DNA from: Chrysomallon squamiferum
Lineage: Eukaryota > Animalia > Mollusca
Assembly (NCBI GenBank): GCA_012295275.1
Contig: CM022665.1
Location: 41,850,001-41,914,000 of the forward strand
DNA: 64,000 bases
Reading direction: 5' to 3'
Position 1 is the stretch's first letter, and every line of letters starts with the position of its first letter. Positions 41,242 through 55,416 of this stretch are shown here, piece by piece. A program made the position numbers and the translations under genes. The notes under the pieces are model-generated. The model was given only the letters and a program-made list of their open reading frames with translations. It was not told the origin of the DNA and made no database searches.

Positions 41242-44200
41242 CACATTTGTAACCAGGATTTTGAGATTAAAAACTCTTTTATTTATTAATAAGCATCAGG
41301 TGATTTCTACAACTTCTAAATGTCTGAAATAATTCTAGCACGTTTGTAAACATTTCTGTCATGCAACTGGATTTTGCAATGTTAATTGTTTGACTTACTG
41401 ATTGATACTGTGTCAGATGACTTTAATGAAGAGAACAAATATTCATATTTTGGGTATGTGCCTAATAGCTTAAACTCAGCTTATCCTTTGACCTTAAAAT
41501 ATAAGAAATAATTTAAGCAAGTTTCAAAACAACTTTGTCACATACTGGAGATGGCACACTTGTAACTTACACTGCTTGCTTTTTGACAGATTGTACACAA
41601 ACAGTGCTGTTATCTGGAAATGTGTGAAATAAATAATTGCAGTTCAGAGACTGTAAACTAAAATATTTTCCTTGATTAAATATGGATGAAGGACTTTTTT
41701 TTTTTTTTTTTTTTGCTATCTGTCAAAATTATAAAAAATTTGAATTCTGTAATATGATTTGTATGAGAGAATTAATTTTTGCGTTATTTTTATGAGGGTA
41801 TAATACATTCAAATTTGACATATTTTTATCAAGATGGATCAAGTAAACTTACTAATTTCATGTTTTTATCAAACATCAACTACCACTTTTTCAGATGTAT
41901 CAAACAGAGTAACTCTATTTGTTTTCTATTCACTTTATATTTAGACATTAACATGCATGAAGATTTACCAGTTGTTTTTTTTACTGGACACAGAATAAAA
42001 TAAAATGATTTTGTTCTGAAATAGTATCAATAAACTATGCATCCTTGTCACTTGTGTATGTTACCAGTTTTTAGAAAATTACTACATTTATTACCTGCCA
42101 GAGTTGAAACAAAAGTGTTTCATATTTTGAGAGGTCTTGAATTACCAGATAAATCTAACTCTGGTTATTGTAAATTTAATGCTCATAAAAGCTATGAAAA
42201 AAAAAAAAAAGCCTATTAAATGTGTTAGATATGGAAAAGAAGTAATTTTACATCATTTTAAAGCATTGTGTTTTTTTAATATTCATTACAATACATATAA
42301 AACTGCAACCATATTTTGTTAACATGAAACTCCCAATTTTATTTGAAAATTATTTTGCCACATAAACTGTATACTTCAGAGAATCATTAATTTCATTCTA
42401 ATATGTTTTTTCTTTACACAACTGAATTTCTGGACAACTTCATCTTGCCAAAACTAGGAATCGGGGAAAAATACAAACAACAATAGCAGACACCTATGAA
42501 ATGTGATTGGTGTTCTTTCTTTCTTTCTTTCTTTTTTTTTTTTTTTTTCTTTAATTTCCATTTAGCACATTTCAAATATTATAATCTGTACATTTTACAA
42601 TATTTGCTGAAGATAAATTTATTTTTATAAATAACTCTACTGGTGTGCTATATACATCAATTCACCCGTGATCACACATCCAGTTTTCATTTTCCAAGCC
42701 AACCTTTTCTCAAAACTATATTTTAAAAAACACAAATAACAGTAACGTGCCAAATAACTGTCATTTTCCAAACATTCAACCAATCCTATGAATATTTCAA
42801 AAGAAACGCTTAAAACACACCAAAAAGAACACTTTTCTGTACAAAAATGAAAGAAAAACTCCTTGCTCTGACGATTATTAAAGTATTACAGCGTAAGCAG
42901 AGTACTGAGAGTAATTCACCTTTTAGTAATATATTATGTCAAATATTTTAAAATAATTTATTAATGGAAAGAAACTGGTTATCTTGATGTAACATTATGC
43001 AGGAAATATACCAAGTATTAATTACAATTAATTATTGCATGCATGGCATTCATTTAGACAATAAACACTTGAAAACAAAGCTGTATTACTCAATATGTAT
43101 ACAACTTTATTGAACATTTAATGTATCTGAGGAAACAAAAAAATAAATAAATAAAATAAAATAAAAATAATATATGTGTGTCTACAATATTTAAAGATTT
43201 GTGGAAATTAAATTTATAATTTTTACAAATTAAATTTTTAATGCCACAAAGATTCTAACACATTCTGAAGGCTTAACATAATATATGTTTGCTCACATTT
43301 CAGACTGTAGAAGAAAGATAAAAACATTCCACAAAAAATTACTTCTGCAAAATGATATTGGTATGCTCTAGAAATATTTACCGATTAAATATTTTCAGGT
43401 ATTCAAAATCTTTTTATTCTTATTAAAAATTGGTATTATCAAAAATAATCAGAAGATGAAAATAAAACATTGTTTTAAACGTTTAATATAAATTTGAGTT
43501 AAGATGGAAGAAACTGAACACTAAAGGTCCTTAAGTGGAAATAGAAACATGCAAAACTCTGTTTATTGCTTAATTACTAATTCTTAAATTTTACAGTATC
43601 AAAAATTACCTCTTGAATATAAATGAAAATAATGTGAGGCATGAACTTCAAAGTTAATGGGGACATTTTTATCTAACTGAAAAAATAAAAGAAACAAATT
43701 TTTAATGAACATGTGATTCATGCACATTGTTATTTAAACAAATCATTTTTTAAATCATACTAATTAAAAATGTTTGCCAAGAGGCAATCACATAATTCCA
43801 AGTACAAAATAAATTTAAAAATGATAAACACAAAGTAAAAAAAAAAAAAAAAAAAAAAAATAAAATAAAATTAACCAAAATATAAACATTATTTAATATG
43901 AAAAGAAAAACTGAAATAATTTCAAGACTTGTAAACCAAATCCTAACACGACGCAAGACTTACAAGAAATAATAATATTGAAATAAAAAAAAATAAATAG
44001 AAAATTGCAAAAACAAAAACCTGAAAATCATTCCTGCCCTAAAAGAATTACATAAAACAAAAAAACTCAACAATTAAAAAAAAAAAAAATAAGTAAATAA
44101 AAAAAAAAAAAAAAAAAAATAATAGTAATAAGCTCTATCAGTCATTCTCCATAATAGATCTATGATCTAATCAAAACAAAACAAAAAAATGTTTATTCAC

Positions 44201-45126
44201 ACACCACCCATACAACTATCTAATAAAATAAACACTAAGAGGATTATACACCTTGGTTAAGACAATATGCCTTAATGAAGTCAATGCAAGAAAATGTTAA
44301 CATGAAATTACACAATGGGCATATTTATTGGGGCTGGCATAATTTCAATACAGGCTGCCATTTTAAATTATCACATCGAAAAATCACACACACAAAATCA
44401 TCATCCTCATCATCATCATCATCATTATGATGACGACCATCCATCATAAAGCAGAAATCCAAGCAAATACTTTGCATATTGTGCAATTTCACACAAACAC
44501 TCACACAAAAACTGGGTGAAAAAAACAAAACAATCATTAAACAGCCATAATGAATTAAGAACTAAATAACCATTATTCATCATACAAATTTACATCTTGT
44601 AGTTCAGGATGTCAGTGTACAAAGGGAAAAACAAACAAGATTAAATATGCCACTGCAACAATAGCTTAGGTGGTATTTTACTTGTTTTGTCTTTGTAACA
44701 CCTCCAAAGTAGCTCCACATTTAAAAAATTTTTTTTTTTAGTTAACGTAGGAACAGAACAAAATACAGTTTCTCCATTTTATGTTAATGCTTTTTTCACT
44801 GGTTTATGTATCAGACTCAGGCGATAGTAATAATAATAACAATAATAATATTGTCACTTCTTCAAAACAATGAAAGCCAATTCATTTTCTTCAGTTCTAT
44901 CATGTGACTTTTATAATAGTTAAAATCACTGGGACAAAAAAAAAAAAAAAAAAAAAATATTAATAAAGATCATAAAAAAATAAAATAAATAAATAAAAAA
45001 AAAAAAAAAAAAAATGTAATAATAATCACAAAAATTACTGTCCCATTCCGAGAGAAAAGTAACACCAGTTTGGCACATTCCATGATTTAGAAACAAAAGC
45101 AGAGAGCCTAAAACATGCTGTGGCTG

Positions 45127-45354
45127 CTAGCACTCTGGGACGTCCTGGTTGATGCCTAGTGGGTCTAACAACATTGAGTTGTTCGTCACGCTGAAGCCAG
45201 ATGCATCGTTCTCCTTCTCTGGTGTCTCTGTTGGGTTGGCCTGATCTGTGGAGTAATGTTTGCCCTGAGGGTCAATCACCTCAACGTCCTCATCTTCCAG
45301 GTTTTCTGGTGGTTTCAGCTTAGCAAGCTCTTCTCGTAGCTGGTTATAATGTCG
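45127..45354 (-). CDS. BIRC6: BIRC6 last coding exon
   Basis: [20 protein letters not shown]...NQDVPEC*, TAG at 45129-45127. Confidence 0.9.
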   Translation of the reverse strand, partial: RHYNQLREELAKLKPPENLEDEDVEVIDPQGKHYSTDQANPTETPEKENDASGFSVTNNSMLLDPLGINQDVPEC

Positions 45355-48300
45355 CTGAAATGTTCATGAAAGATAAGTATATATATATATATATATATAT
45401 TTAATGCTTGCCAGAACTTGAAGTTATTTACTAAATACACTGTCATTGTCATTACTAGCCATAAGAAAAGATAAAACAAAGGTCTTAATAAATATTTATG
45501 AAGGTAATTAAGGGTTTTAAAACAAACAAAAGGCAAAACAACAAACAGTAGAGAGAGAGTGAGCCAGAGAAGAGAAAAAGAGAGAAACACAGACACAGCA
45601 AATTTTAAATATTTAAAATCTATTTCAACTCAGATTTGTAAATGTTAGGTTAATTAATAATGCCCACCATCTAGAAAATACTAACAGCAACTGTATAATT
45701 TAAACCATCTAGAAAATACTACCAGCAACTGTGCAATTTAAAGGATATTTCATTAAAATATAAGCGGAAACTATTTTGATGCTTCAAATAATTTTTAAAT
45801 GCTATGTTATGCAGGCATGTAGGCATAGAACTGACAAAAAATAGTTTTCAAGAGAAAATAGTGCCAGAGGTCCATGGGATTCGGAGGCAGCAACCCTTGA
45901 AACTATTGAACATTTAGGTTTTTAGAGACACTCTGAAGCTTGGCACACAACACTATACTACAACTAAATTACTCATTCTTATCTACTGTTTAATTTGTCT
46001 CTTGGATCATGTGAGAAATGTATTTCAGACACTACAAATATAATCATCCACTGTGGATAAAAACAAATTAAATATGTGAATATGTTTTGTTACTGTTCCT
46101 TACCTTAAGAGCCAGGGTGCTGTGAGCAATGGATCGACCAGTTCGTTTGTCTCTGCTGTACGTTTCCATCTCAGTGATCCAGTCTTCACACTGTTTTAGT
46201 ATCTCATGTCTCTTCAGCCAGAAATGATTGTGAATCACCTGACAAAACAAAAATGTAATAATCAACTGATTTGTAATAGCTCTATAATAAAATGATAAAA
46301 AACCAACAACGAAAAAACCAACAAAAAAGCCCAACAAAAACCAACAAAAGTTAAAAACCAAACAGTATTTTAAGTCGAATTATATAATTTAAAAATTAAA
46401 ATATATTTTTTATTTCTAATTACTTCTTATATAGTTGAAAATGTAAATTGAAATAAAAGTGTGCATTTTTATTTTGGATGTGTGCATATGTACATATGCT
46501 TGTGTGAATCTATGTGTGTTTATGTGTGAGAGAGTTAAGAAAATGATTGTTTGATAAAATGCTAAAAAATAATCAATAATATCAAAATTGTTTATTTAAC
46601 ATATCTGAATATTAACTCTTCTCTTTTTTTTTTTTTAATTTCCCTATCAGAATGTTCTTTTTTTTTTTTTTTCTTCCATACATTTCTAAATTAAAATGGA
46701 CAAGACTAAATTCTTACCGTTCTGAAACACGACTGTGTGTTTTTCAGTATTTCCAACATGGCCCACTTCACAGTGGCCTGTCTGATGTTTGCATCATACT
46801 CTCTTGAACTGGCTGTACCAGATGATGTGCCCTTTGACCTCTCATAACCAGGCTCATTGAAGTAAGGTTCACTGACCAGAATCAGCGACTGTATAGACAC
46901 AAGAACCTGGAATAATAAAAATAATAATTTAAAAAAAAAAAAAATCTAGCACAATGAATTTAGAAAATCATAAAAATGTATTGTTTTTTGTGCTGGAGGG
47001 TGATTTTTGTATATATACTCAAGCACAATTATAAAAAATATTGTATAATGAAAAAAAAGGATAAAACAACATTTTCTTTTATTCTGATATTGTCATTATT
47101 TCCATTAAACCATTAAATAAAACTTCATTAATAATAATAAACTAAAATCATCAATATTACATATTAAATCAAGGTTACATGTTTTTAGCATTTAAAATGA
47201 AAACAATTGAATAAAAATATTAACAACATCAACAACAACAACAACATAATCAGAATAGTCACCCACCTGTAGAAAACTTGATGTCTGAGCATTCCATTTT
47301 TCTTCTGGTCGACCATGCCATGTATTCAACACACTGAGACATACCTAGAGAAGAAATAAAATTAAAATATTAATTTTAACATCCACATTTATTTATTTAT
47401 TTATTTATTTATTTATACATGTATTTAGCAATGTAAATAAAGACTATATTAATAAATAAATAAAGGTAAAATAAAAAGTACAGCTTTAACTACCAATGAT
47501 GGGTTTTTTTTATTCTTAAACATAATTTTCTGCATAATGTGAATTGTAAAAAATATCGGGGAGGAAAACAAAATTCTAATATTGCTTCAAATTCCACAAA
47601 TTTCAGCTATTCCTGGGAATTACAGTCTTACAGACAAATTAACAAAATTTACAAACGTTCGTAATTTCTTATTTACTGAATCTGAACATGGTACACTATG
47701 TTAACTGTGCCTTTGCAGATCCAAGCTAGACTGAGGAGGGGATCCTGAAGCTGCTGGAAACCAAGACATACAGCGTACACGATTCATAGGTGTATGAATA
47801 TGCTCTAACATTCACAAATACAACCCCAGCTATTGGTAACTAGCACATCTGAACAGACGTATGCTAGTCATAAAACTGAACGTAATTAAAAAGTCATTAC
47901 ATCTATCTTTACAAGTAAATAATAACTAATACGAAATGATGCCAGTTAAGATGTTGTACAATAACAGTCACAATAAAGACAGGTCTTACTTTGCCATCGT
48001 TGTAAAGATTGGGATTGAAACGGATCGTGTGGTTTCCGGTAGTTTCCAGGTTGATGTACGGAGGAGAGTTGGGGTAGTCCTGAGGGAAGTAGACATCAAA
48101 TTCAAAACAGCCGTTAGCGTAAGGAGTATCAGACGGACCAGTGATAAGCACCTGAAAAACAAAGACAAGTAAAACAATGCGGGGATTTCAGTAATTGTAT
48201 TGTATACACAGGATTGTCAGCAATTCTTTCTTTAACACAATACCTTCTTCTTAATAATAATAATAATAATGATGATGATGATGAAAATAATTTAGCTATG

Positions 48301-51300
48301 TTTTTGTGAAATTTGATTGCTTACAAAGCAGTAACTTTATTTTTTTAATTCAAATGTCTAGCATACAAACAAATAATCTTTTTTTTTTTTTTTTTTTTTT
48401 TTTTCGTAAAATTTTGATGCATATATTATTTCTGACCTGTCTATTTTTAATAATAAACAAAATAATGGCATCTCAAAAAATAAAGTTTGGCTAATTTAAA
48501 TGAGAAATTCTAGATAATATGAATATCAAAAGATAAATAAATAAAAAATAATAACTATCAAAAATAAAATAAAATAAAATAAAAGTAGTAACAGTAACAA
48601 AATAACAATATAAAAAAAAACCCCAGAAAAAATCAAGGTAAAATAAAAAATAGTGAAAGAATTATTATCATAATTAAATGAAAAAACAAATGAAAAAATT
48701 GTGCTCACTTTCATGATGTCCAGTCTTTCTTCATCGCACCTGACAAACACACTGCTGCTGGCCGAGAGGGGCAGTGAGGTGGACAGAGTGACCGCCTCTT
48801 GGGCAAGTCTTCGAGTTCGTGCTGGTGTGCTCATTTCTCCAGCTGCCTTCACATTCGACTCGTAGTGGTGGGGGATGATGAACTTCAAACCATTCCCTTC
48901 TTCTCGAACCATTTCAAAAGTGTCTTTTGAATTAATACAGAATTGTTAAAATTATAAATTACTGTCTTTACTTTTATTCCAAAAAGAAGAAATAGGAAGA
49001 AAGAAGAAGGAATAAATAAGTAAATAAATAAATAAATAATAATAACACAATAAAAAAAATATATAAATAAATAATAATTAACTAATGTAAGGAAAAAAAG
49101 TACAAAGTATAGCAAAGTAAAAGTAAAATAAAGTGTATGTAAAGTGAAGTGAAGTGAAGTACAGTACAGTAAATTAAAATAAATAAATAAATAAATAAAG
49201 GATACTGGTCTCCTCAAACAACTTAACTGTCACTGGAAGTATATAGAAACATTTATTTCAGTCTATTAACTTCAGATAAACTTCAGGTATGTCTTACCAA
49301 ATTGCAGGTTTTTCATGATCATCACGTATTTCTCTTCCAGTGTTCTCTCTATCTTCACACCATGTTTCTCCTTGCTCTGTAACAGTGTCAGATCTGTTTC
49401 ATCTATTAAAAAAATTAAAAAATTAAAAAATAAAAACTAATAATAGTAATTTTATAATAATAATAATAATAATGTTGTTTCTTTAAAATAAATTCAACAG
49501 AAATGATTCAAACAGTAAACTAAGACAGAACTTCAGAAACTGCATTTATAATTTTTTCTATTTAATGTATTTTCTTTAATCTCAGTTCACCTCAATAAAA
49601 CAATAAAAACAACAAGAACAATTATTATTATTATTATTACAAAAAAGAAATTATTCTCTCATTAACAAATCTGCAAAGCAAGACTACTGCTTACAAAAAT
49701 TAAAAACATTTTGAGTATCCTTTAATTTACATATTTCATCAACATGGCATCTGTCAATGATGTAAAATAGACTTTTCAAAACATCAGCCCTCTCTTGCAT
49801 GTTTAACCAACATAAAGAGATGCTGAGACATAGAAATGAACACCACAGATTACCCAAAGATTCTCTAAGCCTGTCTGTGGCAGTTTTCACAATCCTGGCT
49901 GTTTCCTGTATGTCAGGGATCAACAGTGCCAAACCCTCACTTTCTTCTTCATCTACTTTACTAGAACCATTCTTCCCTTTGTTTGATCTAAAATAAACAG
50001 AACATATTAATGAAAATTAATAAATATTTTTGATTAATTTTATACATCATCATCATTATTATTATTATTTGATTCCATTGTAAATAAAAACAGAACAATT
50101 AAATATATGAATTTATTTTGTTTTTCTTCATTTTAATATTACAATCTTTTTTATTTTATTTTAATCTTTTTTCTTCATTTAATATAACAATCGTCATAAA
50201 TAAAAGATTCAGAAAATAACCATGCTGAGAAACAAATAAATAAAGCAATAACTTGGAAGTATGTGAAATGCATTTTGATACACATATCACCAAAGACACA
50301 TTTCAAGCTTCATCTTGCTTACTTGAGACGGCTTGCATATGTATCGACACATCCTTTCATCTTGTCCAGCAACACTTCTATTGCTGTTGCAGTATCAGGC
50401 GACCCATCTCGCTCCAGCGTCCTCAACAACGGCACAAGTGAACGACACACAGCCAGTCCACGCAGCAGCTCTAGAAGTGATCTGTACAGAGGCACGTGCC
50501 GGGCCATGTCGAGGACTGAGTCGTTGCGGAGGTAGGACGATATCGCAGGAACCAGACATGACTGGCCCAGAAGGTCTGGCATCACTTCGGGTATCTGTGG
50601 GCTTTCGTTAGGAGCTGTGTAATCTTTCCTGTCGAAGCCTTCAGGAACCTGTCCACTTGGGTTGATGTAGCTGCCCAAGACCTGTTAAATTGATTAACAA
50701 CACGACAGCAAGAGTTAAATATGTGACTGATATATTCACAGCTAACTATACAGAAATGCATTTAGGCCATAGGTTTTCAACCTGGGGGTGAGGATATGTT
50801 TTAGCTTTTTTTCAACTTGACTTGGAAGGAGGAATAAATAAAAATGTGTAGACAGGTTTGGGACCCGTCATAATGAATGTAGATTCCTTTTAGTTCTGTC
50901 TTTGGTTGATGAAAATATGGTAACCATGGATATTATAGAATCAAAAATTTTAAAGGGGGTTCATCAGTCATATTGAGTTGCTCATAAAGGGTTGCGGTAT
51001 GAAAAAGGTTGAAAACCAGTGATTTAGGAAATATATTTTGAATGATATGTATGCATGCATTCATATATATATTTATGTGTATGTAGATAAAACTAATTGT
51101 TTTACCACATATGTAACACAAAAAAAAATAACAAATACATTTTATTTATTCAACAACAAGTCCTATCATTTATCATTCCACTGACACTGAGACATCCATT
51201 ATCTTGTGATAAAATATTACTGAACATAACTCATTTACATCTCCATCCATCCATTTTACTAATCCTTCACCAAACAGGTGTTAAACTCACCTGTAACAGA

Positions 51301-54157
51301 CAGGTAACATGTTCCTCCTCACTCTTCTGTCTAATGAGTGCTTGCTCTGCGTCCCAGCTTGATGTGGTGGAGCCTGTGCCAAAGCCGGTACCCTTTGCCC
51401 AGTAACTCTGGTTCTTCTCCTCAGTCTGGGCTGGGGGAGGCTGGGTTGTGTTAGTCTGCATTGCTGACAGGATAACATGAGTCTGCAAACACAATGTGTT
51501 AAAAATAAAATATAATTGTAAAACACAAAAACTGATACTGGTAATCATATTATTACTTTTTTTTTTTTTTTATTTATTTATATTTTTTTTTAATGTTAAA
51601 AATAAAATATAATACAAATACTGATACTGGTAATCAATTTTTTTAACCAGAATTTTATGAATAAAATATAAGTAAGTAATTAGAAAGCCACATAAATGTA
51701 ATATTTGTTTACAACTGAAAAATAATAATAAACTAGACAAATAAATATAAAAATATTTTTATTTCAAGGTAGTTATGTGTCTTATATATAAAAATAAATG
51801 CAAATTAAGTGGATACGTTGCATCCATTTCAGTTAAATTGCAAACTTATCATTCTGTACCAAATACTAAATCCAACACAATATCCAGTTTATTTCAAGTT
51901 AACACAAGCAACAACTTCTGATGCTAAAAACGTAACTTATTTTAAACTTGTCTTCAACTTAACACTTGAATTGTAACTTCAGCCAAGACAGAACCAATGA
52001 GCTGATTACAATATCATTAATAATAATTATAAAAACTAAAATAATTGTTTATCCCTTAAGTGTTATTACACAACTCAGGCCTATAGAAGCTGGTAATGAC
52101 AAAAATGCTGTTATACAACTGTGGTAATGACAAACCTCTTGTTGTAACCCACTAGCTGCGACTCTAGGAGCGTGGTGGCTGAGCACTGACAGACAGGCTA
52201 GGATCAAGTGGACTGTGCCTATGTCCAGTGCCATTCGTCTCAACAGCACCCCGTCATCTGTGGACAAGGGTGTGGCATCAAACAGGGACTTGAGAACGGT
52301 GAAAGGCAGAGTTGGCAACATGCTGGCTACGTGAGAGGTCAGGATGTGTCCTGAAAGAATTCAAATAAATATTTGTTATTAAATTATCTTGGGAATTTGT
52401 CTCTCTAATTCTAAAACAAAAACATACTGATAATGATATAAGCAGACAAAAAAATAATAATGAAATACTCTTTCAGTTTATAGATGGAACTTGAATACAA
52501 AATTTTTATAAATCAAATTCATGGTAAATAAAAGTGAAATTCATATTTCAGTTATTTTCATATAATATTTCAGAGGCTGGAACAATTTAAAACATTTATC
52601 TCATTATTCATCATTATAATTATACATTTAATAATTTGATGACTAATTTACTTAATCAATGTTATCTTGTGCAGTATTTTAAGTCCTAAACATTATGAAC
52701 ATTGTATATAATCATATTACATTAATGATTAATTACAGAAAAAAATGAACAATTCAGACAAGTCGAAGAATGATAAGCATGACTTAGAACATTTTTATGC
52801 ACCACCTTAAATTTATAAACTTAAAATCACTGAATATAACGCAAGCATGCTTAAACATTAAACTGTAATATTACCTCCATCCCCGTCATCAGTGACTCCA
52901 AGAACAAGACGTAACAAACACTGAGCTTTCTTTCTCTCTTTGAGCAACACCTCGGCATAGCCTGGCAGTCTGAGGAACAGACCAAACGCTATGAGGGAGT
53001 GTGGCGGTATTGATGGCATTGCTCCGGCTGCATGTCGAGCTGCTCGTGAAGTAGACTGGGCAGGTGACAGTGGTTCTACGTACGGCTGCAAGATATCGAA
53101 ATAAATAAACAGTGTAAACAAAGAAACAGTAATTAAGTAATTAATAAGATGATGAACAAACAAACAAAATAAAATAATAAAAATTTTAAAATAAAAATAA
53201 AAATAGATAAAAATGCAGTAATAATAATAAATATCAAAATTAATGACATTACTGTTAATAATAACTGGGTTGCATCTTTTTGATGTTTATCATAATATAA
53301 GACTCTGTGCTGAATATTTAATAATCATTAAAATGTTACAAAGAGTAACAGCTACATTTCATGATTTATTTTATTAGCATAAAACATTTCTTTCTGTTGT
53401 AAAAACATTACACTGGTTTGGACAAGTCTATAAATCCTGAGGATTTTCAAAGAATTTTTACTGATTTATCAGAATGTGGGCATATCAACAATATTCAGAA
53501 AACAATCAGTCTGAAGCAAAATTCAGCCTGAATCACTAGGGATGAGTCTGTACATATAACATTATTATTGTAATTATTTTTATCATTTTGTTTTGTCTCA
53601 TTAAAAAAAAACCCAGAACAACTCACATCATAATATTCATCAGATGACTCCACAGTGACCCAGTCTTGTCCTATATCAGCTACGTTGTTGTTTTCTGTTG
53701 TTGTCTCTGGAGACGATGCTTGTCTTGTGATTTCAGGATAAAGCAGAGGTAGATGTTCAGCTAGTAGGGCGAGGCCACCAACACTGGCAAACACTTGCAA
53801 TGCTGACGGGAAACTGGGAGATCTTAACAGCACCTCGTCAGGGACATCGTTGTCCTGGCCTGACCAGTCATCAGTGTTACCTTCATAAACACAAAACATT
53901 CAGTGGGTTATTAAGAGTTAAGTAAGTATCTAACTGAAGTGAAAAGGGTTATTTCAAATGAATCAGGTATAATACTGTGTCAGTGTATGATATTTGTATA
54001 GAAAAAGACAAACATATAGATCGGGGAAGTATAAACTGAGAATGTTACAGAAATGTATAATACAAAGGGAAAGTACAAAACAAATGCTCAGACAGACACA
54101 CAGAGGCACATATATATATATATATATACACATACACACACACACACACACAGTGTG

Positions 54158-54207
<50 letters not shown>

Positions 54208-55004
54208 ACTATGCCCTATAAATTAATACGTTGTGTTTTTGCAAGGCTTTACAAAAATGTCAGTCCAGTCACAGCAGTATTTTTACTCTTTTTTAACTGA
54301 TATTTTTATTATTGCTAATAACATTCAAATAACACAAACAAAGTACTAGAGTAGAATGATGAATCCTACTGTGTTCTGCACTGATATAAAATAACATTTC
54401 AATAACACACACAGCTGGAGTAGAATGATGAATCTTATTGTATTCTGCACTGATATAAAATAACATTTCAATAACACAAACAGTTGGAGTATAATGATGA
54501 ATCTTACTGTGATCTGCACTGAGGTATGATGCTAATCTGGATCTAGTTGTGTTGGGTTTTAGCTCAATGCTGAATTGGAGAGCCACTGCACTGAAATGTG
54601 GAGAGCCCTGCTGATTCAGAAGATAGACCACCTGAGACAGGGTTAAGTTGTTTGGTAAAGCTTTATCTAAAAGAAACAGAGTGAACAAAAATCAATAACA
54701 AAATTGTAATAGTTAACCCATTTAAATTTTTCATATATATTCTATTAATAAATGTTTCTTTTTTAAACATTCATTTAAACATCAGATTTGTCTTCAAACA
54801 TTTTGCAAATAAAAAGTACATTCATTTTTAACCACTGCTTAATTATTATTTTATTTCATTAATTTTTTTAATTCTTTGTTCACATTATAAAACACAGTTA
54901 AATCTTAAATTAATAATATTTAATTAATGAACCAGAAGATAATTTTAAATTAAATCACCATCATATGCAACAATAATATGAATTTAAATATTAAAAAAAA
55001 AAAA

Positions 55005-55040
<36 letters not shown>

Positions 55041-55063
55041 ACTTATTTAAAAAAAGTAGTTAA

Positions 55064-55103
<40 letters not shown>

Positions 55104-55381
55104 GCAGCAGTAGAAGTAGTAATAACAACAATAATTACAATAGCAATAACAATGAAAGTAATAACAATATATAATGTTCTTACTTTTAAATGCTTTGTGA
55201 ACCAGATGCTGTGTGTAGGTGTTGTATCTGGACTGACAAGAAATGTCCTCCAGGGTGTGTCTGCCTCTGCGTGTTGGTGGTCGAGGGGGCAGGTGACTAG
55301 GTGGAAGAGGGGGCATGTTTTTTGTAGGAGAGGGACTCTTCTCCCTTTTCTCTTTTGCACACATTCCTTTAAAAAGACACC

Positions 55382-55416
<35 letters not shown>

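Noticed and set aside
41600-43150. Polyadenylation signals and possible 3' UTR overlap of convergent LRR1 and BIRC6
   Set aside because: AATAAA is too frequent in this AT-rich DNA to assign transcript ends without RNA data
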